The notes under the pieces: model-generated | Database searches by the model: none | Seen by the model: the letters and a program-made list of their open reading frames with translations, nothing else | What the model was told of the DNA's origin: nothing | In this document: piece by piece, positions 27,688 to 36,501 of the stretch | Layout: every line of letters begins with the position of its first letter | Numbering within the stretch: position 1 is the stretch's first letter | Made by a program: the position numbers and the translations under genes | From: a virus | Taxonomy: Duplodnaviria; Caudoviricetes | Length of the DNA stretch: 56,247 bases | Direction: 5' to 3' (one strand) | Virus record (IMG/VR): IMGVR_UViG_3300049433_000067 | Location: 1 to 56,247 of that record

Positions 27688-28253
27688 GACGGCACCTGCG
27701 GGGTTGAGACGCGGCGGCGTTTGGCTTCACCGGTCGGGACGGCGCCGAGCAGCTGCCCTTCGGTGCTGACGGCGAGGGTCCAGTCGTACGCCCACACTGC
27801 CCACCATTCGTGCGCGGCCGCGCCGTAGTGGGTTTGGCCGCCGGGGTGGGGTGTCCAGCCGCTGCAGTCGCAGCCGGGGTCGGGGCATTTCTTGCCGCGT
27901 TTCCCGTGGGTGATTTCGGGGCGTTCGGCGTAGGTGGCGAGCCGGCCGGCGACCATCGGGCAGGCCTGCTCGGCGTAGGTGGCGCACCACGGATGCAGCG
28001 GTGGTTCGGTGAAGTAGGTGTCCAGCTGGGTGGGTCCGCCGAGGAACACGACCGGGCGGAGCTTCAGCGGCTCGCCGCAGGTTTGGCAGATGCCTTGGGT
28101 CCAGGCCTGCATCCATTTGGTGTGGTGGGTGGTGCGGAAGTCGACGCCGCCGTCGGCGAGGGGGACGTTAACCCACGGTGCGACGAGGCCGCCGATGGTG
28201 GGGCGGTGGGCGAGCGTGACCGGGATCGGTGGCCGGACCTCGGGCTGGCTCAT
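27684..28253 (-). CDS. Hypothetical Cys/His-rich protein
   Basis: CQTCG, EPPLHPWC...CPMV pattern. Confidence 0.7.
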   Translation of the reverse strand: MSQPEVRPPIPVTLAHRPTIGGLVAPWVNVPLADGGVDFRTTHHTKWMQAWTQGICQTCGEPLKLRPVVFLGGPTQLDTYFTEPPLHPWCATYAEQACPMVAGRLATYAERPEITHGKRGKKCPDPGCDCSGWTPHPGGQTHYGAAAHEWWAVWAYDWTLAVSTEGQLLGAVPTGEAKRRRVSTPQVPS

Positions 28254-28609
28254 GTCGTCGCCCCTATGTGCTTCACGACGGGGTAGGAGATCTCTGCCCA
28301 GGTCTTCTCGCCGGGCTCTCCGAACCAGCGGCCGTCGACGGTCCGGACGTACAGGTCACCGGTCACGTGCTCCTCGACGACAGCGCCGATAAAAGTCGGC
28401 TCGCGGCGGGTCGGCACGAGCGACGGCCCCTCGATCAGGAGGCGTATCGGTGACGGGTCGTCGCACGGATACCATCCGGCTTCCTTCTGCCAACCGTGCT
28501 CAGCGGTCCACCGGTGAAGGCCGGCGGCGCTGCGGTAGATCACGCCTTCGACTGGGCGGGTGACGATCTGGTCCTGAATGGGCATCTCAGCCTCGCGCGA
28601 TTCGGTCAT
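28250..28609 (-). CDS. Hypothetical protein
   Basis: Coupled ORF. Confidence 0.6.
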   Translation of the reverse strand: MTESREAEMPIQDQIVTRPVEGVIYRSAAGLHRWTAEHGWQKEAGWYPCDDPSPIRLLIEGPSLVPTRREPTFIGAVVEEHVTGDLYVRTVDGRWFGEPGEKTWAEISYPVVKHIGATT

Positions 28610-28818
28610 GCCGGCTCCTCGAATAGGTCAGGCTGCTGGTCGTCGATCTCCACCCGCTCCGCGAACCGGGCGAGCGCGTCCTCATCCCGTGCCGACCCGG
28701 CCGGATGCAGATCCGCGCAGGGGCATTCGCTGCGGCAGGTGCAGTAGTCGCCGGGCTGCCCGCACTGGGCGCAGTGGCCTGTGCGGTTGAACCAGGCGGT
28801 CGGGTCGACGGTCGTCAC
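28606..28818 (-). CDS. Hypothetical Cys-rich protein
   Basis: GTGA start 28818 (MTTVDPTAW). Confidence 0.55.
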   Translation of the reverse strand: MTTVDPTAWFNRTGHCAQCGQPGDYCTCRSECPCADLHPAGSARDEDALARFAERVEIDDQQPDLFEEPA

Positions 28819-29093
28819 GATGTCCCCTCCGCTCGTCCGTGGCTGTCCCAGTCCTTCGGTCGCTGCGCCGTCCAGCACTTCAACGGACTGCCCATCTCGC
28901 GCGGCGGTACGCCTGCGTCCCAGCAGCGCCCACGATGGCCGACAGCGCGGAAGCAGGCGTGGCCGAACATGCAGGCACAGGACGGCGGCCCCCAACCCCA
29001 CAGGCAGCGCGGGTCGTCGGCTAGCCGGTAGTCGTTGACGGCGGGGTCGTACCTGCTCGCTGCTGCGTCTTGATCGTTCTTGCCGGCCGTCAT
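28815..29093 (-). CDS. Hypothetical Cys-rich protein
   Basis: ATGA start 29093 (MTAGKND). Confidence 0.55.
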   Translation of the reverse strand: MTAGKNDQDAAASRYDPAVNDYRLADDPRCLWGWGPPSCACMFGHACFRAVGHRGRCWDAGVPPREMGSPLKCWTAQRPKDWDSHGRAEGTS

Positions 29094-29689
29094 GAAACAG
29101 CCCCCCAAATCAACAGGCAGCAGCCGAACGGAGGCCGCTCTTTGGGGCCGATCTCCGTTTGGCCCTTGCGTAGGAACCGCATCCGGCCGGGTAGGAACTC
29201 GACGCCGAACTCAGGCCACCGGCCGCGGCATGCCGGCTCGACTAGGTCTTGCCACCACGCCTGCTCGGTGCGGTTCGCGGGCAGTAGCATCACGATCAGC
29301 TCGGCGCGCTCGTTGTTCCACGCGTACCACGCCTTCTCGAGCCATGGCCGGATGTTGCTGTAGGGCGGGTTGCACCAGACGCGTTCGCCGGCCCACGGCT
29401 GCGCTAGCCCGTCGTCCTCGATCGAGTAGAACCGCTCGCACTTCGCGTTGTGCGCAGCAGCAGCCACGTCCACCGTGAAGCCGAACCGCTCGTGCAGCGG
29501 GCCGAACTCCTCCGGTACGGTCGCCCGGTCGTCGATCTCGTCCGTCGCTGCCGCCCTGAATCGGGTCGTCTGCTTGGGGTGACCCACGCCAACTTGCAAT
29601 AGCAGGATCCCGGTCGCCTCCCGGGGTGGCAGCGCTGCCTCGTTGATCACGAGTCGCGCCTTCCCTGCTGGGGTTGGGTCACCCATCAC
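29090..29689 (-). CDS. Phage DNA N6-adenine methyltransferase
   Basis: FTVDVAA, DGLAQPW, VWCNPPYS, LLPANRTEQ.WW, GRMRF. Confidence 0.9.
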   Translation of the reverse strand: MMGDPTPAGKARLVINEAALPPREATGILLLQVGVGHPKQTTRFRAAATDEIDDRATVPEEFGPLHERFGFTVDVAAAAHNAKCERFYSIEDDGLAQPWAGERVWCNPPYSNIRPWLEKAWYAWNNERAELIVMLLPANRTEQAWWQDLVEPACRGRWPEFGVEFLPGRMRFLRKGQTEIGPKERPPFGCCLLIWGAVS

Positions 29690-30561
29690 GACACCGCCCC
29701 GAGATCAGCAGCGGAGAAGAGGTGCTCATCCCCGAGTGTCCGGTTAGACCAGAGGACTTCGGTTCGGTTGGCCCACGTGCCGCCCTGCCCGGTCGATGCG
29801 GCGAAGGTGTGCCTGTGCCAGTCCGCGTACAAGTCGGCGTCGTATAGGTCGGACGGGTACCCGGACAAGACGACCGCAGCCCGGGCCGCATGCAACGCGT
29901 CGGCGAGCTCGCGGTGCTCGGTCTCGGTGCGCATCTCGTGGACGTAGCCGTCCCAGCTGCGTGAGCGGGTGCCGCCGAGATAGGGCGGGTCGACGTACAG
30001 CAGCACATCCGGCTTGGCGCCGTAGGTACCGATCAGGTCCAACGCGGGCGCCGATTCCAGCGACACCGCCGATAGCCGCTCAGCGGCCGGGAGCATCCGC
30101 TCGAGATAGCCCAGGAGATAGTCCGGCATCGACGTGCCGCCGGCGGGCTGGACGTAATGCCGCCACCCAGTGCGGCGGCGTGTGCCCGCCCGGCCTTGCG
30201 TCAGTTGCACCCAGACGCGGCGCGCTACCTCGAGCTCAGCGCAGTCGTCGAGGTCGTAGGCGCCGTGGTGCTCGGCCCGGGAGTGCGGGGTCAGAGCGCA
30301 CACGCGGGCGAGCTCGGCGGGCTGCTCGCGCAGCACCCGCCAGAACGTCATCAGGTGCCCGTCGAGGTCGTTGACGGTCTCCATCGCGCTCGCCGGCTTG
30401 GCCAGCAGCACCGCGAGCGAACCGCAGTACGGCTCGACGTAGTGGGCATGCTTCGGGAGTAGCGCTGCGATCATCGGCGCCGCTGTCGTCTTCCCACCGA
30501 AATACGAGATCGGCGGCTTCACCTTCCCTGCTGGGGTTGGGTCACCCATCACGACACCGCC
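29659..30561. repeat. 40-bp perfect direct repeat (29659-29698; 30522-30561) bracketing the D12 methylase
   Basis: ccttccctgctggggttgggtcacccatcacgacaccgcc twice; both downstream genes start MMGDPTPAGK. Confidence 0.95.
29686..30552 (-). CDS. DNA adenine methyltransferase (D12/Dam class)
   Basis: YFGGK, YVEPYCGS, ETVNDLD, LYVDPPY, RTEVLWSN. Confidence 0.93.
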   Translation of the reverse strand: MMGDPTPAGKVKPPISYFGGKTTAAPMIAALLPKHAHYVEPYCGSLAVLLAKPASAMETVNDLDGHLMTFWRVLREQPAELARVCALTPHSRAEHHGAYDLDDCAELEVARRVWVQLTQGRAGTRRRTGWRHYVQPAGGTSMPDYLLGYLERMLPAAERLSAVSLESAPALDLIGTYGAKPDVLLYVDPPYLGGTRSRSWDGYVHEMRTETEHRELADALHAARAAVVLSGYPSDLYDADLYADWHRHTFAASTGQGGTWANRTEVLWSNRTLGDEHLFSAADLGAVS

Positions 30562-31226
30562 AGCGCTAGATGATCAAGCAACTGCGCACCGACGAAGCGC
30601 GAATAGGCAGGCGGGATAGCTTCCGCGATCTCGTCGTTGGTGGCCCAGTCGATGCCCATCGCCGCAGGCCATTCATGCTTGCCGCCGGCGTTGCCGTACA
30701 CCTGCACCACCGTGGACAGTCGGTGCTCACCGTTCGGCCGCCAGCCCGTCCAGTACTTCGGCTCAGTGAACCGGCCGTGGGCACAGGCGACGCCCTCGAG
30801 GGGGACGCTGGACTCGAACAGTCGGTGCCTGCGGAGCGGCAGACCGAACGCCGTCCCGCACAGCCGTACCGGATCGATCAGAGCCAGGCGCGCGTCGGGC
30901 ACGTTCTCGATGACCCACGGCCGGTGCAGCAACCTGAGCGCATCGCGGACGCGGCCGATCAGCAGTGCGTGATCCACGCGCCGGCCCATCGCTCGGTTTT
31001 GCTTGGAGAGGTTCAGATACCCCTGGCATGGAGGGGATGCGTGGATCACGTCGGCCTCGCTGGCGAGGTCAAAGAGCGCGTCCCACCAGTCGCCCTGATG
31101 GAACTCGAACGGGTAGTTGGGTTGCGGCGCGATGTCCACCCCGACCACGTCGAACCCGGCCCGGTTGTAGCCAACTGCCGCCCCGCCGGCGCCGGCGAAC
31201 AGGTCAAGGAGTCTCGGCCGCGTCAT
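30549..31226 (-). CDS. DNA cytosine-5 methyltransferase (short form)
   Basis: DLFAGAGG, SPPCQ, IENV, RHRLF motifs. Confidence 0.9.
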   Translation of the reverse strand: MTRPRLLDLFAGAGGAAVGYNRAGFDVVGVDIAPQPNYPFEFHQGDWWDALFDLASEADVIHASPPCQGYLNLSKQNRAMGRRVDHALLIGRVRDALRLLHRPWVIENVPDARLALIDPVRLCGTAFGLPLRRHRLFESSVPLEGVACAHGRFTEPKYWTGWRPNGEHRLSTVVQVYGNAGGKHEWPAAMGIDWATNDEIAEAIPPAYSRFVGAQLLDHLALAVS

Positions 31227-31585
31227 GACTCCCCCACCGGGCCGGAGCGGGCAGCGTCAGGTGACAGACTCGGCTCGCCCCATTCGTGTTTACGGCAACC
31301 CGGCCACCACGCCCGCACGTCCGACGCCGCCGAATGAGACACGTGTGCGCCGTCGTCAATGACGCACTTCGGGTAGGAACGGTCGTGGTGACGCCACAAC
31401 TCCCGGAACCGGCAGTTACCGCAGCGGGCGTCCGGATGGTCGGCGAGCGGCGGACCCATGAGCGGATGCCGGCCGGCGTCGATAGCTGCGCGTTGCCGCA
31501 GCGTCCGCCGTCGGTCCGCTGACAGCCCCGGGTCACGCTCGGGATGGTCGATGCGGGGCACGTCGAAGTCGGGGAACAGACTCAT
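31223..31585 (-). CDS. Hypothetical protein
   Basis: ATGA start 31585; LSADRRRT.RQ, CGNC, YPKC, DVRAWWPGC. Confidence 0.7.
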   Translation of the reverse strand: MSLFPDFDVPRIDHPERDPGLSADRRRTLRQRAAIDAGRHPLMGPPLADHPDARCGNCRFRELWRHHDRSYPKCVIDDGAHVSHSAASDVRAWWPGCRKHEWGEPSLSPDAARSGPVGES

Positions 31586-32040
31586 CCGGCCCTCCGCAGA
31601 GGTATCTCGTCGTCCTGACGGCTCAACTCGTCGAGCCGGTCCCGGACATCGCGGTACTGCTCGTAGGAGATGTCGAGTTCGGTCATGGTCCGCAGCACCG
31701 GCCACCGACGTGCGATGGCCTGTTCGACGCGGCGGCGTAACTCAGCTTCTGGTTGGGCGGTTCTGAATTGGGCGGTCATGGCTGGTCCTTCCCGATGCGA
31801 CGGCTGCCGTGTACCGGTACGCGGCAGGGCGTGCAGGTCGGTGGTGACGTCGCTGGCGGTGCCGGCGCTGGAGCCGCCGCGATGGTCGACGATGGTGTGG
31901 TCCTGGGTGGCGACGAGGTCGCCCCCGGGCCGGTCGCCGCGGCCGAAGCGGGTGATGGTGGGGCGGCACCAGCAATGCTCGAACTGTTCGTGCGCGGGCT
32001 GGCCGGGCAGGGCACGAGCGAAGATGTGGGTGGTGATCAC
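31582..32040 (-). CDS. Hypothetical protein (possible second start at 31779)
   Basis: CWCRP N-terminal part; internal RBS GGAAGGA before MTAQF. Confidence 0.5.
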   Translation of the reverse strand: MITTHIFARALPGQPAHEQFEHCWCRPTITRFGRGDRPGGDLVATQDHTIVDHRGGSSAGTASDVTTDLHALPRTGTRQPSHREGPAMTAQFRTAQPEAELRRRVEQAIARRWPVLRTMTELDISYEQYRDVRDRLDELSRQDDEIPLRRAG

Positions 32041-32291
32041 GACACGCTCCGCTGCTGCGCTGTCCGGGCGTGCTCCGTGTGCGCGGCGAGCACATCCTCG
32101 ATCGGCGTCCCCGTCTCGATCTCACCGAGCGGCGCCCGCAGTGGGCAGCTGCGACGCGACCGGGACGTCGGCTGGCAGGTGCAGGACCAGTTCAGGTGCC
32201 GGCCGGGGCCGTACTGGATTCGGATCTGATGCGGCGCGGTCTCGTCGGCCAGCATGTGGCCCAGCCAGACGATAGGCTGCAAGTCGGTCAT
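32037..32291 (-). CDS. Hypothetical protein
   Basis: Start 32291 with GGAGG RBS. Confidence 0.55.
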   Translation of the reverse strand: MTDLQPIVWLGHMLADETAPHQIRIQYGPGRHLNWSCTCQPTSRSRRSCPLRAPLGEIETGTPIEDVLAAHTEHARTAQQRSVS

Positions 32292-32677
32292 GCTGGCCTC
32301 CTGGCTGCTTGCCCGGCGGTGAGCACCGGGATGATCAGCGGCTCCCAGTCGTCCGGGCGCCACACGTCGAACAGTGCCGTGGCGCGCTCGCTGAGCCGGG
32401 CGGTGAAGCGCTGTTCGGACCAGTGCGGTTCGCCGCTGATCTGCCGCGCCCAGTCCGCCTGCTCAGGCGCCAGCCGGCCCTTCGGCCCTTTCAACTCGCG
32501 GAGAAGCACCACGCCGGCGCGCGCGAGCACGATGTCGGGGAATCCGATGTGGCCTTGGATGGCGGTGCGCCAGCCTGAGCGTGTCTTGGCCGGCCGGAAG
32601 TGGCAGACGGCCCACCGGTTCAGCTGGGCGAGCTTTATCGTCTGGTCGAGCAGCTCGGCCTCGTCGCGGGGGCTCAC
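32288..32677 (-). CDS. VRR-NUC domain nuclease (Holliday junction resolvase-like)
   Basis: GFPDIVL...RELK..KGRL..EQ..W...VWRP.D. Confidence 0.85.
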   Translation of the reverse strand: MSPRDEAELLDQTIKLAQLNRWAVCHFRPAKTRSGWRTAIQGHIGFPDIVLARAGVVLLRELKGPKGRLAPEQADWARQISGEPHWSEQRFTARLSERATALFDVWRPDDWEPLIIPVLTAGQAARRPA

Positions 32678-32946
32678 GCTGCCACCTGTTCGCGGCAGCA
32701 GATCCCGAACGTCGCCTCATGATCAGGCGAGTAGGCGGCGAGTTGGCCACGGTCGAGACGCCGGTTGCAGCCCTCGCAGTCGAGGCGCTCATCCAGCGGT
32801 AGCCACTTCAGCCGGGGCGCCGTCTCCTCGGTGGCCAGCTGCGGTTCGAACTCGGCCAGCAGCGGGCTGGGTGGGTTGTACGGCAGGCCCTTGCAGATGC
32901 TGCACTGGCCGGTGAGCATCTCGTGCTGGCAGCGGGTGGTGGTCAT
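32674..32946 (-). CDS. Hypothetical Cys-rich protein
   Basis: Start 32946 (MTTTRCQHEM..GQCSIC). Confidence 0.6.
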   Translation of the reverse strand: MTTTRCQHEMLTGQCSICKGLPYNPPSPLLAEFEPQLATEETAPRLKWLPLDERLDCEGCNRRLDRGQLAAYSPDHEATFGICCREQVAA

Positions 32947-33104
32947 GACTGGCCTCGGATCGCAGCGGTGATCACTTGCGCGGTCAGGTACAGCGCCTGC
33001 TGCTCGCTGAACCCAGCGGCGATGTACGCAAGGAAGACCTCGTGAGCCTGTGCCGCACCCTCGGCGAGCACGGTTATCGGGTCCTGCGGTGATGGCCCGG
33101 TCAT
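32943..33104 (-). CDS. Hypothetical protein
   Basis: HEVF.AYIAAGFSEQQAL. Confidence 0.65.
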   Translation of the reverse strand: MTGPSPQDPITVLAEGAAQAHEVFLAYIAAGFSEQQALYLTAQVITAAIRGQS

Positions 33105-33424
33105 GACACATCGCCTAGGGCGTAAGCGATCCACGGCCGGACGGGGATCTCGGCGGGGTCGTTCCATCTGTCGACGATCAGCCCCAGCGCGCGGGACCGG
33201 GCGATGTGCGCGTGGACCGCGTCATGGCACCGGCCGTCCAGCCACACCAGGTTGGGGAGTTCATCGCGGCCACCGACTGAGCGCTGCTTGCGGTGGTGGA
33301 CGTGGCCGTCGGCGCAGGGCAGTTCGCAGGCCTGGCAGCGGCCGTACGCTGCCGCGCAGACCGCGGCGCGCAGCTTCGGGTCTATCCGATGCGGCCGGCT
33401 GCGTTTCATCGGTGAGCGCTTCAC
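33101..33424 (-). CDS. HNH endonuclease
   Basis: RCQAC...HVHHRKQRSVGG...NLVWL...CHDAVH. Confidence 0.8.
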   Translation of the reverse strand: MKRSPMKRSRPHRIDPKLRAAVCAAAYGRCQACELPCADGHVHHRKQRSVGGRDELPNLVWLDGRCHDAVHAHIARSRALGLIVDRWNDPAEIPVRPWIAYALGDVS

Positions 33425-33780
33425 GGGTGCTCCTCGTATCCGATGGTGCGAAGCTCGGCCCGCACCGTGGCGCCGTACGTGCGGCCGACGTCGATGCGGG
33501 TTTCGATGGCGCGGATCTCCTGCCGCAGCACCCGGACGAGCGCTTCAGCGACGAGCGCGGCGCCTTCCTTGTCGTCGGCTGCGACCCGCGCCGTGTGTTT
33601 CCGGATGTCCATCGGGCCGTCGGCGGAGAGGAACGCCCGCGACTCCGCCATATCTGCGACGTGGCGCTTCACGGCGGCGTCCTGCTCGGCGACGCGCAAC
33701 GCGGTCGTGTTGTTCCGCAGCTCCTCCGTCAGCCGGGACAGGTTCCGCACTACCTCGACGGGAGTGGACGGGGCGGTCAC
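33421..33780 (-). CDS. Hypothetical coiled-coil protein
   Basis: Coupled ORF in the recombination cluster. Confidence 0.65.
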   Translation of the reverse strand: MTAPSTPVEVVRNLSRLTEELRNNTTALRVAEQDAAVKRHVADMAESRAFLSADGPMDIRKHTARVAADDKEGAALVAEALVRVLRQEIRAIETRIDVGRTYGATVRAELRTIGYEEHP

Positions 33781-34466
33781 TGTCGGCCTTCGATCGCGAG
33801 GCCGAGGCGGGACTCGATCGCGGTCTCGTCACGCATCTCCGCGACGAACTGAGCGGCCAGCGTCGGGTCTTTCGTGGCGGTGATGTACGCCTTGCCGGGC
33901 GCGGAAGTGACCTCGATGCCGGCGGGGATCAGACCGTCGGGGGTGACCGGCTCGCCGGCTTCCTTGGAGAAGTTCAGGACGAGCGTCTCGTAGGCGGGCA
34001 TCACCACTGTCCGCTCGGGCTGCTCCTCAGCCCGGGTCAGCGTCCAGCCCGCATCGCGGAGGGCACGCCACATCGCGCCGGGATAGTCCGGCGCGAACCG
34101 CCCCGCCTGCGCCTCCGTCGCCTTCAACGCGGCGCTGAGCGCGTCCGCCTCGTCGAGGCTGGGGCTGTCGTTGACGGTGTAACCGGCGGGCTGGACGACG
34201 ACGTTGTGCGGGGAGTTCTCCCGCGCCCACGTCTCCCACAGCGCCCGGTCCCGGACCACGGCGACGGTGGCGCCCTTGTCGAGGCGGACCTCGCCGACCT
34301 TCAACGGCCGGTTCGGGTGGTCAGGGTTGGGAAGATTGATCACCTGCTTCGACCCGACCGACCACTGCTCGACCTCGGCGCGGCGGGCCTCGGTCTCTGC
34401 GGTGACGCGGTCCTTGAACAGCCGCAACAACAGCAGCTCCCGGGCCGTCTGCTCCGGTTCGGTCAC
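33777..34466 (-). CDS. Hypothetical protein
   Basis: GTGA start 34466 with AAGGAGG RBS. Confidence 0.65.
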   Translation of the reverse strand: MTEPEQTARELLLLRLFKDRVTAETEARRAEVEQWSVGSKQVINLPNPDHPNRPLKVGEVRLDKGATVAVVRDRALWETWARENSPHNVVVQPAGYTVNDSPSLDEADALSAALKATEAQAGRFAPDYPGAMWRALRDAGWTLTRAEEQPERTVVMPAYETLVLNFSKEAGEPVTPDGLIPAGIEVTSAPGKAYITATKDPTLAAQFVAEMRDETAIESRLGLAIEGRQ

Positions 34467-35179
34467 GGGGTCGCCTCCTTCACGGTGGACTGCGGCATCT
34501 GGTGGAAGTACCCGGTCAATTCGGCTGCGGTCGTGTCGGCGCCGTCGATGGTCTTGTCGCCCTGCGCCCACGCAGCGAAGTCGTCACGCATCTGCTGCTC
34601 CGACATGCCCGCCGCGAGGCCGCGCTTGTTGATGTCGTTCCACAGCGCCTGCCGTGGGTCCGGACCGGTTTCCGCAGTGGGTTTACCGGGGCGTTCGATG
34701 TAGTCGTCGCGTTCCTTCGACCACAGATCCAGAGCCAGGCCGAACCGCATCGCCGCGTTGCGGATCGCGTCGCCGATCGCTTCCTTCACCGCGTTAGGCC
34801 CGCGCTTGCCCTGCGCATCGCCGTAGCCGAGGCGAGTCACCCCGCCGACGGTCAGGCGGATCCACAGCCCGCCGTTGTCGTCCACCGCAGGTAGTCCCTG
34901 CCCGTTCAGAGCTTGCGGCTCCCAGTTCCATTTCGGGTCGACGTCGAGCAGACGCCTCGTGGCTTGGGCGTGCCCGACGTAGTCCAAGTGCAGGTGGGCG
35001 GTGGTGATGTAGTTGCCGCAGTCCCGGCACTTCTTCATGGAGTGCTGGCCGCACGCCCCCTGGTGGTTCTTCGCCTGCTCGGAGCACGCCTTGCACGTGA
35101 TCCGGGGCAGCTTCCCCACCAGCTCAGGCGGGAACGGCTCACGGAGCTTCGCGAGGATGCCGTTCAGTTCGGGGGTCAT
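34463..35179 (-). CDS. Rad52/Sak-like single-strand annealing protein
   Basis: LREPFP, LDYVGHA...RLLDVDP.WNW, VTRLGYG, KEAIGDAIRNAAMRFG.ALDLW; start 35179. Confidence 0.85.
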   Translation of the reverse strand: MTPELNGILAKLREPFPPELVGKLPRITCKACSEQAKNHQGACGQHSMKKCRDCGNYITTAHLHLDYVGHAQATRRLLDVDPKWNWEPQALNGQGLPAVDDNGGLWIRLTVGGVTRLGYGDAQGKRGPNAVKEAIGDAIRNAAMRFGLALDLWSKERDDYIERPGKPTAETGPDPRQALWNDINKRGLAAGMSEQQMRDDFAAWAQGDKTIDGADTTAAELTGYFHQMPQSTVKEATP

Positions 35180-35511
35180 CGGGCCAACACCACCGCGGTG
35201 AGCAGGAGGGCTGCGAGTGCAGCCGGGAACACCAGCGGACTGACCCACTCGCGCACACCGAGGACGCGTCGATCAGCCCACTCCGAGCGGAGCGTGTGCG
35301 CGAACCGCCGCACGATCAGTTCGAGGTCTCCGTTGCCGGCGTTCTGCAGCGGGATCGCCTCCGCGACGTACTCCCGTAGCAGGTGGGTGGGCATCCACTC
35401 GAACTCGTCGTGCAGGACGTCCACAGCTGGGGCTGGGCCGGCCAATGCGGTGAGGGCGGTCTGGGCGAGCGCTGCTTCGTCGAGCTCGCGGGTTGGGCGC
35501 AGGGTCATCAT
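35176..35511 (-). CDS. Hypothetical membrane protein
   Basis: C-terminal hydrophobic helix. Confidence 0.55.
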   Translation of the reverse strand: MMTLRPTRELDEAALAQTALTALAGPAPAVDVLHDEFEWMPTHLLREYVAEAIPLQNAGNGDLELIVRRFAHTLRSEWADRRVLGVREWVSPLVFPAALAALLLTAVVLAR

Positions 35512-35705
35512 GAGGCGTCGTCTCCGGGCGGGTTGTCGTTCCCCAGCCGCTCACGCGCGGCGAGCATGGTTTTGACGAGTTCGTCTCGCTGGCGTTTCTG
35601 GTCGGCCGCTACGGCTTCGAGGTCGCGTCGGATGCCGCGGGCGAGCACGACCAGAGCGGCGATGCCGACGAGCATCAGGACGCCGAAGACGATCAGCAAG
35701 GTCAT
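35508..35705 (-). CDS. Small membrane protein
   Basis: Start 35705; N-terminal TM helix. Confidence 0.55.
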   Translation of the reverse strand: MTLLIVFGVLMLVGIAALVVLARGIRRDLEAVAADQKRQRDELVKTMLAARERLGNDNPPGDDAS

Positions 35706-35815
35706 GAGTCCTTCGCCTTCGCCTTGGCCTTGGCGACGTTCCACGCCAGCACGATCGCGACGTCTGCGCCGACCCAGGCAATCGCCAGCCACGCCCACCA
35801 CGGCAAGGCGCTCAT
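35702..35815 (-). CDS. Very small membrane peptide (37 aa)
   Basis: Not in the track; MSALPWWAWLAIAWVGADVAIVLAWNVAKAKAKAKDS, ATGA-coupled at both ends. Confidence 0.55.
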   Translation of the reverse strand: MSALPWWAWLAIAWVGADVAIVLAWNVAKAKAKAKDS

Positions 35816-36501
35816 GACGCACCGCCCTGCAGCACGTCGGCGTCCTTGTCCGACTGGTACAGCACCCCGCCGGACATCACCATCGACCCGAGGCTGTAGC
35901 CGCTGCGGACAAGCGCCTCAGCGGAGGCGCGGCGCATCGGCTCCTGATCCCAGTCCTGCCCAACGGTGGACCGGTGCTCAATCAGTTCCTCCGCGGTGGC
36001 GAACACCGGCGTGACCGGGCTGCCCTCGCTGACCGTCTGGTAGAGGCACCAGCCCAACTCGTCCTCAGGAACGTCGAAGACGGGCATGTAGTCGGCCGGG
36101 TCGGGCTTCTCGCTCCGCTTCTGAGCGACCGCTAGCTCTTGCAGGTGATCTTCGTCCCGGACTGGCGTTGACGTCTCGGTCATGCCGTCCTCGGTCCAGC
36201 CGTACCACGGGTGTACGACCGGCGCGTCGTCCTCGCGGCCCTGGTATCCGGTCAGGTGGTATTCCACAGCGAACGTCCACCCGTGACCCGTGCGGCTCTC
36301 CAACTCGCGTAGTTCTTCCTCCCACCGTGCGATCGCTTCCGGGTAGTCGCCGCAGAGCCCGACGAACCGCTCGGTGGGACCGTGCAGGCGTGACGGGACG
36401 TGCGGCTTCCCGAGGAACGGGCGGGACTGCGCAACCCAGTGCGGGTTGTGCTCGGTCGGGTGCTGCCAGTCCAACGGCACACGCCGCACTTCCCGGCTCA
36501 T
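35812..36501 (-). CDS. Conserved hypothetical phage protein
   Basis: Start 36501; MSREVRRVPLDWQHP...LYQTVSEGSPVTPVFAT.EEL. Confidence 0.75.
   Translation of the reverse strand: MSREVRRVPLDWQHPTEHNPHWVAQSRPFLGKPHVPSRLHGPTERFVGLCGDYPEAIARWEEELRELESRTGHGWTFAVEYHLTGYQGREDDAPVVHPWYGWTEDGMTETSTPVRDEDHLQELAVAQKRSEKPDPADYMPVFDVPEDELGWCLYQTVSEGSPVTPVFATAEELIEHRSTVGQDWDQEPMRRASAEALVRSGYSLGSMVMSGGVLYQSDKDADVLQGGAS

Noticed and set aside
29659-30561. Direct repeats as a CRISPR array or DGR template/variable pair
   Set aside because: Only two identical copies separated by a whole gene; no cas gene, reverse transcriptase or adenine-specific mismatches seen
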